NCBI GenBank assembly: GCA_947627375.1
Contig: CANQVR010000001.1
Span: 1-49,124 of the forward strand
DNA from: an uncultured Bacilli bacterium
GTDB taxonomy: Bacteria > Bacillota_I > Bacilli_A > RF39 > UBA660
Direction: 5' to 3'
DNA: 49,124 bases
Part shown: piece by piece, positions 22,575-29,569 of the stretch
Position numbering within the stretch: the stretch's first letter is position 1
Layout: the number at the start of each line of letters is the position of its first letter
Program-made: the position numbers and the translations under genes
Notes under the pieces: model-generated
What the model was told of the DNA's origin: nothing
What the model saw: the letters and a program-made list of their open reading frames with translations, nothing else
Database searches by the model: none

Positions 22575-23171
22575 TTATACACTCTCGATAGCAGATTTGA
22601 GAACTCGTATAACGGGGCGGACCCCACGGTAGGTGTTGTACGCGCTCGGATTGCCCACATAGCCGCTGGAGTGGACAGCGAACACGCCGTTCGAGCTGTC
22701 GGAATACGGAGACATTGTCCAGTAACCATAATCTCCACTACATTTACGAATTTCCTCAGGTAGTTTTTCTACTTCTTCTTTAGTAATTAATCTTACATAA
22801 TCTACTGTTTCAATTCCATTTAAATTAGTGGTCATAGGCCTTAACTTATTTCTATCAAATTCACTTAAAAATTCAGTATTTAAAACTGCTCTTATAATGC
22901 TATCTCTCCATTTATTGTCATGAAGACTAAATATTACGTCTTTATCTCCATCTAAATATTCACTATCAAAAAAGTCATTAATTTCATCTACTGACATTTT
23001 ATCTTTCATAAATAAAGTTGTTGTATCATTATCCTCATCAATAACATACCAATCATAATTACTAAACTCTACAACTGGATATTCACTTTCTTTATATTTT
23101 TTTAATTCTTTTCTTGCTTTTTTTAATTCTTCTTCTGCTTTCTTAATTCTTTCTTCTATTTTTTCTTTCAT
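22575..23171 (-). CDS. Coiled-coil plus DUF6273/DUF1566-like (C-type-lectin-like) domain protein with an anomalous GC-rich 3' block
   Basis: 198 aa. The motifs W-YVID, NKWRDSIIRAVLNTEF, YWTMSP and GVRPVIRV fit the family pattern as I remember it. The last ~40 codons switch to GC-rich codon usage. Confidence 0.7.
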   Translation of the reverse strand: MKEKIEERIKKAEEELKKARKELKKYKESEYPVVEFSNYDWYVIDEDNDTTTLFMKDKMSVDEINDFFDSEYLDGDKDVIFSLHDNKWRDSIIRAVLNTEFLSEFDRNKLRPMTTNLNGIETVDYVRLITKEEVEKLPEEIRKCSGDYGYWTMSPYSDSSNGVFAVHSSGYVGNPSAYNTYRGVRPVIRVLKSAIESV

Positions 23172-23184
23172 TTTTAAATTCCTC

Positions 23185-23433
23185 CTATTTTTCTATTTCT
23201 GATTTGATTTTCTCAAAATCTTTAATAAATATTGATATATCATTTCCATTTGTTTTAAACCAACCTTTTTTTATTTTAATTCTTGTTAAATCTTCTAACT
23301 CAATACCTTTCATAAAAAATACTGGCAAATTATATTTAGAATAACTATTGTCTATATTTTTAGATCTAACTTCTATTGTGTAAAAATTATTATGCTTATG
23401 TATAATTTCTGATTTATCACTAATTACTAACAT
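23185..23433 (-). CDS. Tail-less paralog of the SSB-like protein at 27096..27470
   Basis: The 82 aa align by eye with the other protein: SD.S, Y..PV.F.KG..LE......IK.GW, F..DF. It lacks the acidic C-terminal tip. Confidence 0.55.
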   Translation of the reverse strand: MLVISDKSEIIHKHNNFYTIEVRSKNIDNSYSKYNLPVFFMKGIELEDLTRIKIKKGWFKTNGNDISIFIKDFEKIKSEIEK

Positions 23434-23750
23434 TATCTTTTTCCTTTTAATTCTTGTAATTTATCTAAAACTAAACTTAGTTCTTTTTCTTCTATTTCAG
23501 TTATTGATGTTTTCCTTCCATCCATTTCAAAAAAATACGTGGTAAGCATCGGTTTTATGCTTAACCTTTTTTCAAGCCATAATTCGAATTCATCAAAAAT
23601 ATTTTGATATTTATAGCCAAAATTAACACCACTTGTAAAAACGTCACGTAGTTCTTTTAATTCTTTATTTTCTTCTCTTAATAATCCATTGATTTTTTTA
23701 TGCTGTTCGTTTATTTCTTTTAATTCTTTGTTTTCTTTTTCTAATTTCAT
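23433..23750 (-). CDS. Hypothetical coiled-coil protein
   Basis: The start at 23750 forms an ATGA overlap with the upstream stop and has GGAGGA upstream. The track start at 23780 is less likely. Confidence 0.55.
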   Translation of the reverse strand: MKLEKENKELKEINEQHKKINGLLREENKELKELRDVFTSGVNFGYKYQNIFDEFELWLEKRLSIKPMLTTYFFEMDGRKTSITEIEEKELSLVLDKLQELKGKR

Positions 23751-24190
23751 TTTTCCTCCAACTTTTCTATTTCTAGCCATTTAATAAGTTCTCTTATAGA
23801 AACGACAGGATTTTCATAAATAACTGTACCGTCTGCTTCCCAACAACCTGCACTTGTTTCTATTTCGCTTTTGCTAAACCAAGCACCTCTTATGCTAGTT
23901 CCCCAGTCAATAAGTTCATATTTATTTAACAAATTACAAACTAAGATATAATTTTTATAATCATTTTGTTCTTCTATATAATCAAATGTAGTTCTATCTT
24001 GTATTGATTTCATTACTTCATATATTTTTTTGCCAAATTCTAAATCTAGTTCCTCATCGTAAGTAATAACGTCAAAAATATAACTACTTAAAAATATAAA
24101 TTTATAATCTTCTTTAGATTTATTGCCTTCAAAAGATTGTAAATAATCTTTATAACTATCATTAAACCATTGTATAAAATCATTTTGCAT
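23747..24190 (-). CDS. Hypothetical protein
   Basis: 147-aa ORF in the early operon. Confidence 0.55.
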   Translation of the reverse strand: MQNDFIQWFNDSYKDYLQSFEGNKSKEDYKFIFLSSYIFDVITYDEELDLEFGKKIYEVMKSIQDRTTFDYIEEQNDYKNYILVCNLLNKYELIDWGTSIRGAWFSKSEIETSAGCWEADGTVIYENPVVSIRELIKWLEIEKLEEK

Positions 24191-24593
24191 CTGTGTTCTC
24201 CAATTTTTCTTTTAGATATTTTTGATTTTTAATAAGCTGATTAATTTTTACTATATAAATATTTCTATCCTTAGCATTCGTATTCATTAAATGTCTTACT
24301 TTTTCATCATCATAAAATTCTATACTATCACATATCACATTTATTTCTTCTATATCTTCCCACTCTTTTTCTTCTGGTAAAATTTCAACATTTAGTTGTA
24401 GTAATATTGCTAAAAAGTTATTTCCAACTGTTCTTTTTAAATCTGTAGATAAAAAAGTACTTTTGTCTTGGCTTATATAATCTTCTTTATTATTATGCAA
24501 TCTATAAACTTTGTTAAAACAAATTATTTTTTTAGGTGCTTTACCATCTTTAATAAGTCCTATTAATTCATATATTGTTATTTCATTTTTCAT
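24180..24593 (-). CDS. Hypothetical protein
   Basis: 137-aa ORF in the early operon. Confidence 0.55.
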   Translation of the reverse strand: MKNEITIYELIGLIKDGKAPKKIICFNKVYRLHNNKEDYISQDKSTFLSTDLKRTVGNNFLAILLQLNVEILPEEKEWEDIEEINVICDSIEFYDDEKVRHLMNTNAKDRNIYIVKINQLIKNQKYLKEKLENTDAK

Positions 24594-24781
24594 TATTCAT
24601 CATCTCCATTTAAAATTGATAATATATTATTGACATTATCTTTTCCATTGTAAGCCTCTGGGTTTTCCAATATTGAATGTATTAATTTTATTGCTTTATC
24701 AATTCTTGCTTGTAATTCCTTTGTTTTTAATTCAACTTGTGTATCTACTATTGCGTGTACATCTTCATCAGTATAATTCAT
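24593..24781 (-). CDS. Hypothetical protein
   Basis: 62-aa ORF, tightly packed with its neighbours. Confidence 0.5.
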   Translation of the reverse strand: MNYTDEDVHAIVDTQVELKTKELQARIDKAIKLIHSILENPEAYNGKDNVNNILSILNGDDE

Positions 24782-25063
24782 CTATTCATCACTCACTTTC
24801 TCTACTAAATCAGCTTTTATTAAATCATCAATATATTCTTCTTTTACTGATACTAATAAATCTTCCCATCTTTGGTAAATTTCTCTATCTTTCACACTTA
24901 TTTCAATACTGGTATATGGTGCAACATGTTTCCAATAAATATATTCTCCTTTTATTCCACTGTCTCCACCAAATTCAACTGGTCTATTGTACCAGTCTTC
25001 TTGTAATTCATATCCATATTTCTCTAATTCTTTTAAATCAACATCATCTTTGATTTTTAACAT
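24782..25063 (-). CDS. Hypothetical protein
   Basis: 93-aa ORF. Confidence 0.55.
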   Translation of the reverse strand: MLKIKDDVDLKELEKYGYELQEDWYNRPVEFGGDSGIKGEYIYWKHVAPYTSIEISVKDREIYQRWEDLLVSVKEEYIDDLIKADLVEKVSDE

Positions 25064-25065
25064 TA

Positions 25066-25443
25066 TTAATCACCTACCTTATAACAATTATTTTCAAATT
25101 GTTCTTTAGTTAAAATTGTTTTAATATTTTTTTCTAATATCCAACTAAAATTAGTCTCTTCTAAATAACACTCGGTTGTTATTACACCAACATTTTCTAA
25201 AATATCCTTTTTTTCATTATATTTATGAAAATAATCTTCTACTGGAAAGCCATTAACATAATCTCCAATTTTAATTAAATCAATAGGATTAAAACTTGCA
25301 ATTATATTACCTGCAGAAACAAGTTCTATATCGTTTTTATATCTAATATTAAAATTATTATTTCCTTGATAACTTATTATCTGCCCTATTCCTAATTTTC
25401 TATTTGTTTTATTGTAACAATACATTCCTATTTCTATTTTCAT
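25066..25443 (-). CDS. Hypothetical protein
   Basis: GGGAGG lies 5 nt upstream of the ATG at 25443. The track start at 25461 is less likely. Confidence 0.55.
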   Translation of the reverse strand: MKIEIGMYCYNKTNRKLGIGQIISYQGNNNFNIRYKNDIELVSAGNIIASFNPIDLIKIGDYVNGFPVEDYFHKYNEKKDILENVGVITTECYLEETNFSWILEKNIKTILTKEQFENNCYKVGD

Positions 25444-25445
25444 TT

Positions 25446-25595
25446 TTACCTCCCAATGCATTTATCTATATCAACTTCATTCAATGGTGTGTTGTTACAA
25501 TAATCATCTATATTTTTTTGAATAACTATTCCAGTTATTATTAAAATAAATCCTATTAATGCTATGAGAAGTGCTATTATATTAAGTTTCTTCAT
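25446..25595 (-). CDS. Small membrane protein (49 aa)
   Basis: MKKLNIIALLIALIGFILIITGIV... Its start forms an ATGA overlap with the upstream stop. It is below the track size cutoff. Confidence 0.45.
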   Translation of the reverse strand: MKKLNIIALLIALIGFILIITGIVIQKNIDDYCNNTPLNEVDIDKCIGR

Positions 25596-25834
25596 TTTGA
25601 TTTACCTTCTTTACTAATTAAATTATCTAAATGTTTTAACATGAGTTCAAAATCATGTTTGCTTTCTTCGGATGTTTTCAAACATTTATCCATTTTAGCT
25701 TTTTTGAAACCTTCAACTTCTCTTTTAAATCTCTCAAATTCATCTACAATATATTCATAATTTTTAAATATAATTTTTTCTAATTGTTCTTTAGTTAAAG
25801 TTTTTAAAAACTCTTTTAATTTATCTCTTTCCAT
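25592..25834 (-). CDS. Hypothetical protein
   Basis: 80-aa charged helical ORF. Confidence 0.55.
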   Translation of the reverse strand: MERDKLKEFLKTLTKEQLEKIIFKNYEYIVDEFERFKREVEGFKKAKMDKCLKTSEESKHDFELMLKHLDNLISKEGKSK

Positions 25835-26231
25835 TTTTACCTCTTTCTAATATTTCTAATGTTTTTCTTACTATTTTTTCGTTATATTCTTGTCTATCTT
25901 CACTACTAAATATAATATATTTATTTAAACTTTTTATAGTCTCATCAATAACTTTATCTTTTTCTTTTAATTTCATTTCTAAAATATTAATTTGTGTATA
26001 ATCTTGTTTTTGCATTTTTAATTCATCAAATGCTTCACTCATAATGTTTATATATTCTTCTTTTTCTTCTAATTGGTGTTGTAAAGATTTTATATCGTAT
26101 AAAGCCTGTTCTATATCTTTACAGTGTTGTATACAATATTCTTCAAAATCACTTGGCGAGTGTAATCTATCTTGCTTATATAATTTATAAATTTCATCTT
26201 CGTCTATATACTCTTTTAATCTTTCTTGCAT
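25821..26231 (-). CDS. Hypothetical coiled-coil protein
   Basis: 136-aa ORF with AAGGAGTGA upstream. It is the first gene after the 26232..26436 intergenic region. Confidence 0.55.
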   Translation of the reverse strand: MQERLKEYIDEDEIYKLYKQDRLHSPSDFEEYCIQHCKDIEQALYDIKSLQHQLEEKEEYINIMSEAFDELKMQKQDYTQINILEMKLKEKDKVIDETIKSLNKYIIFSSEDRQEYNEKIVRKTLEILERGKNGKR

Positions 26232-26327
26232 TTTTTCACTCCTTTTTGATCTTCTATTTGTTCTTTTGGTAATTCAACTACATATTAAACTAATCAGTCA
26301 AACTCATAGTCGGCAAACTCACTGATT

Positions 26328-26356
26328 ATCATAGTAAGAGATAATTTTTGATACAA
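26328..26356 (-). promoter_or_regulatory. Candidate internal promoter TTGTAT-17-TATGAT
   Basis: The hexamers lie at 26351..26356 and 26328..26333 (minus strand). The -10 abuts the inverted repeat TAATCAGT-N22-ACTGATTA (26291..26328). Confidence 0.35.
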
Positions 26357-26436
26357 TAAAAGGCGATAACTTTATGGTAGAAAGCATGACTATTTTTAAT
26401 TGATTAATTGTTAATTAATTTTCTTTTTTTATTTCT

Positions 26437-26871
26437 CTATAATTTCAGCATAGCTATTTCTTCAGGAGACATTGTTTCTATGTCTAAATTTTGACATTCA
26501 TGTATAATCCCATCGATAAAAATAGCCATTTCTTCGCTGTTAAATTCACTACTGCCTTTGAAAATTTTATAATGCGTAAACACTTTTTTATCTACAACAC
26601 CACTACCAATTTTTTCATAATATTTACAATATCCATCCAAACTAGCATCACTTCTAATGCTGAATATTTCACTTTGTCCATAATCTTTTAACATTTTTAA
26701 ATATACTTCTTCTTTAGATAATCTTACTGCATCTGCTATTTTTCCAATTAACAACCAAGCATAAGCATTTTGAGATAAACTACGTTTTTTCTTTTTCTCT
26801 TTAACTTCAAAAATCTTTTCTCTATCTTGTTTGAATAGCCACTGAATTATCTCCTCAACTGTTCCTATCAT
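26437..26871 (-). CDS. NinB/Orf-family recombination mediator
   Basis: RSLSQNAYAWLLIGKIA resembles lambda NinB RSLDQNRKLWACLGDVS, and KGSSEFNSEEMAIFIDGII resembles QSTSRMRVGEFAELLELI. The size is similar (144 aa). Confidence 0.65.
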   Translation of the reverse strand: MIGTVEEIIQWLFKQDREKIFEVKEKKKKRSLSQNAYAWLLIGKIADAVRLSKEEVYLKMLKDYGQSEIFSIRSDASLDGYCKYYEKIGSGVVDKKVFTHYKIFKGSSEFNSEEMAIFIDGIIHECQNLDIETMSPEEIAMLKL

Positions 26872-26880
26872 ATTTCACCT

Positions 26881-27087
26881 CTAAAGTTTTTTGATGGCTT
26901 TTATTTCAATATCATATATTTTTTTCTTTCTGCCATCTAAATTTTTATGTTCAGTATATGGAAAATCAAAATCGCAATAACAGTAATTATGATCAAATAA
27001 CAAATCACATATTCCATTTATTTCATCTTTTATATGTTGTTTTTTTATTTTAATTTTTTCTATTTCTTCTTTTGTCAAATCTTCCAT
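26881..27087 (-). CDS. Hypothetical protein
   Basis: 68-aa ORF. Confidence 0.5.
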   Translation of the reverse strand: MEDLTKEEIEKIKIKKQHIKDEINGICDLLFDHNYCYCDFDFPYTEHKNLDGRKKKIYDIEIKAIKKL

Positions 27088-27095
27088 TTTTCCTC

Positions 27096-27470
27096 CTAAA
27101 ACGGCAATTCATCATCACTTACTTCAAAACGCGAATTAACCTCGTTTTCAGCAACTTTTTTTATTTCGCTTGTATTTGTGTTCATTGTAGTGTTTTCGCC
27201 ACTGCTAACTATATTAAAATCGCTTACAAAGATATATCTAACCATTTCTTTGTCCTTGTTTTCAAAAATACTTAACCATCCGTTTTTAATATTTATTAAG
27301 GTTTTGTTTTCTAACACTACACCTTTTTTAAACTTGACAGGTATATAATCTTTTAAATAACTGCCGTCTTCTAACTTTCTACTGATACCTACACTATAAG
27401 AAATCTTGCCATCTTTATTATCATGTCTAAATATCATATCAGCTCTGCTTTCATCACTAACTATTTTCAT
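27096..27470 (-). CDS. Non-canonical single-stranded DNA-binding protein
   Basis: 124 aa ending in the acidic tip SDDELPF; compare SSB DDD(I/L)PF. It lies inside the recombination module. Confidence 0.6.
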   Translation of the reverse strand: MKIVSDESRADMIFRHDNKDGKISYSVGISRKLEDGSYLKDYIPVKFKKGVVLENKTLINIKNGWLSIFENKDKEMVRYIFVSDFNIVSSGENTTMNTNTSEIKKVAENEVNSRFEVSDDELPF

Positions 27471-27622
27471 AAATCCTCCTTTTTTAATTTAGCTTCTAAT
27501 ATTTCTATATCAGATTTTAAAATTTCTTCTTTGTGTTTTAAACTTTTGTTTTCATCTTCTAAACCCCATATTTTTTCTTGTAACAAATGTATATAATCTC
27601 TTAATTCTTCTTCAGTATCCAT
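27467..27622 (-). CDS. Small coiled-coil protein (51 aa)
   Basis: GGAGGTG lies 7 nt upstream of the ATG at 27622. The ORF bridges the exonuclease and SSB-like genes with overlaps at both ends. Confidence 0.45.
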   Translation of the reverse strand: MDTEEELRDYIHLLQEKIWGLEDENKSLKHKEEILKSDIEILEAKLKKEDL

Positions 27623-28202
27623 TTTTTAGCACCTCCAAAAATTCATCTTTGTTTGGAAATTTACCTTTTTCTAAACATAAACTTAAATATTTCATTCTAG
27701 GGAAATATATTTCGTTTATCCATTTTTCGTTGTATTCTATTTCGTGTCTTGATAATCTATTTTTATCAATATCATTAAAATAATTTATATAATCATTTTC
27801 TAGCAAACCATAAGCGACTATTTCAGCATTATGAATATCACTTGCATACATTTGAACTTGAACTTGATTGACATAATCTTTATGTTTCTTTAAATCAAAA
27901 CCTTTTTCAAAATTATAGGTTTTAATTTCATATATTTTGTTATCAGTGTTTGCATCTAAATTAACTCTTAACCTATCTACAATTATTTGTTTATCTTTTT
28001 CAATATCAGTAATATTCAAAGCATCAATGATTTTGTGCTCGTAATAAGTCCCCGCTAACGTATATTTATTATCAAAATGTTTTGTAGGAAAGCCTAATTT
28101 TTCAAGCCACCATTTTTCAAATGTTTTTGTTTCCCAATTGCCAATAACATATTTAGTATCAGATGCTCCTATATAACCTTTTCTATCTTTATTTTTTATC
28201 AT
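27612..28202 (-). CDS. YqaJ/lambda-Exo-type recombination exonuclease (PD-(D/E)xK)
   Basis: The motifs GYIGASD, ...YEHKI, LDANTD and IYEIKT fit the YqaJ family. It is paired with an annealase gene. Confidence 0.7.
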   Translation of the reverse strand: MIKNKDRKGYIGASDTKYVIGNWETKTFEKWWLEKLGFPTKHFDNKYTLAGTYYEHKIIDALNITDIEKDKQIIVDRLRVNLDANTDNKIYEIKTYNFEKGFDLKKHKDYVNQVQVQMYASDIHNAEIVAYGLLENDYINYFNDIDKNRLSRHEIEYNEKWINEIYFPRMKYLSLCLEKGKFPNKDEFLEVLKNGY

Positions 28203-28851
28203 CTATTTTGTCTATGGCTTGTTCTAACTTATTTAAGATCGTATAGTATTGTAGATAAGAATTTAATACTTCTTGTGTTAGATTTAACTTTTCAGCAATA
28301 TCTTCATAACTCATTCCTCTTTGCATTTTTAAAGTTAATTTTTCTTTAACTCGTTCAGCTACTTTCATTATGTTATGTTTTGATAGATCATCCATTGCAA
28401 CATTTTCTTCGTTGATTTCAAGTCTGTTCCATAAATCAAAGCCTAATCCAGTGTGAATTGCAACTCCTTTAACAAACAATCTTGTTTGAGCATTCCATAG
28501 TCTTTGTTGTGACATCGAATTATCTTTTACAGGATTTGCTCCGTTCATTACAGGTCCTTGCATTTCAAAAACCAAATCATCTATTGTCACTTTAATTCTA
28601 GTTTCGTAAACTCTATTAATATTCCCTCGACTATCTTTAAATTCTTTATCGGTCATTATTAAACTTGATCCATTATTCATTGGCACTGGCTCAAAATAAA
28701 CTTTCTTTGCTCCTTTGTCGTGCAATAATTGTTTTATAACTGCCCAATTGACATAATCTGCTCCATCCCTTTTTTGAACGTGTTTATCTAAATTTACTTT
28801 TCGCATTTCATCAAAACTAGGCAACTTCTTTGTCTTTTTGTTTTCTTCCAT
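28189..28851 (-). CDS. Single-strand annealing protein (DUF1071/Sak3-like, Rad52 superfamily)
   Basis: ...GADYVNWAVIKQLL...MSQQRLWNAQTRLFVKGVAIHTGLGFDLW fits the Sak3-type pattern as I remember it. It is adjacent to the YqaJ exonuclease. Confidence 0.55.
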   Translation of the reverse strand: MEENKKTKKLPSFDEMRKVNLDKHVQKRDGADYVNWAVIKQLLHDKGAKKVYFEPVPMNNGSSLIMTDKEFKDSRGNINRVYETRIKVTIDDLVFEMQGPVMNGANPVKDNSMSQQRLWNAQTRLFVKGVAIHTGLGFDLWNRLEINEENVAMDDLSKHNIMKVAERVKEKLTLKMQRGMSYEDIAEKLNLTQEVLNSYLQYYTILNKLEQAIDKIDDKK

Positions 28852-29104
28852 TTTTTCTCACTCCTTTTGGTTTTTTTTGTTTCGACGTTCTTAAACTATC
28901 AATTTTCTTTGCTCTTACAATCACCCAATTTTCAGGGTGTTTGAATTTTTTTAACATTTTTTTTGCTTCAAAAATAGTAAATTTTGTTGCATCTTTTGAA
29001 TCTAATACATAATGCCTATATTCTAAATCTTTAAGATATCTTAAATAACAACCTGTATTTTTGTTATTTAGTAAATAAAAGTATTTCACTTTAAATTTCC
29101 TCAC
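28817..29104 (-). CDS. Hypothetical basic protein
   Basis: 95-aa ORF with a K/R-rich C-terminus. Confidence 0.5.
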   Translation of the reverse strand: MRKFKVKYFYLLNNKNTGCYLRYLKDLEYRHYVLDSKDATKFTIFEAKKMLKKFKHPENWVIVRAKKIDSLRTSKQKKPKGVRKNGRKQKDKEVA

Positions 29105-29309
29105 ATTCCTTTATATCTTCTATATCGTAATTTGTCATTATTTCATCTTCGTAATCCATATTTTGAACTCTATTAACTGCTTCAGTAATATCTTTTGCTT
29201 GCACTTCTATTACACTTTCAAAAGTACCTTCAACTACTACTTTAAACCATTTATTTTCATCCTCAGGTGGTTCAGGATAACTTCCTGCACCAAGTCCTCT
29301 TGTTTCCAT
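29091..29309 (-). CDS. Hypothetical acidic protein
   Basis: 72-aa ORF. Confidence 0.5.
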   Translation of the reverse strand: METRGLGAGSYPEPPEDENKWFKVVVEGTFESVIEVQAKDITEAVNRVQNMDYEDEIMTNYDIEDIKECEEI

Positions 29310-29320
29310 ATTTTTTCCTC

Positions 29321-29569
29321 CTAGCCTAATTTCTTTCTTTTTCGATTTGAGGCATCTAAAGATATTCTTCTTAACTCCTCTTTATTGATCCATTCAACGT
29401 AATTTTTAAGCATTTCCCCATACGAATTAATTTGATAATTTACAATTCTCACATATAATTCACTAACATTTACGTCTCTAAATTTACTTTGCATTTCTTT
29501 TATAAAAGATTTTCTATTTTTAATAACTTTATCTTTGTACAATTCAAATATTAATTCTTCTGCAAACAT
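29321..29569 (-). CDS. Hypothetical protein
   Basis: 82-aa ORF. Confidence 0.5.
   Translation of the reverse strand: MFAEELIFELYKDKVIKNRKSFIKEMQSKFRDVNVSELYVRIVNYQINSYGEMLKNYVEWINKEELRRISLDASNRKRKKLG

Noticed and set aside
18829-29012. Plus-strand track ORFs inside the packaging and early regions (18829..19026, 20128..20379, 20490..20741, 20930..21196, 24673..25053, 26491..26691, 27072..27275, 28830..29012)
   Set aside because: They are antisense shadows of minus-strand genes. 20930..21196 also covers a gap better explained by the SD-preceded 43-aa minus-strand ORF 20912..21043.
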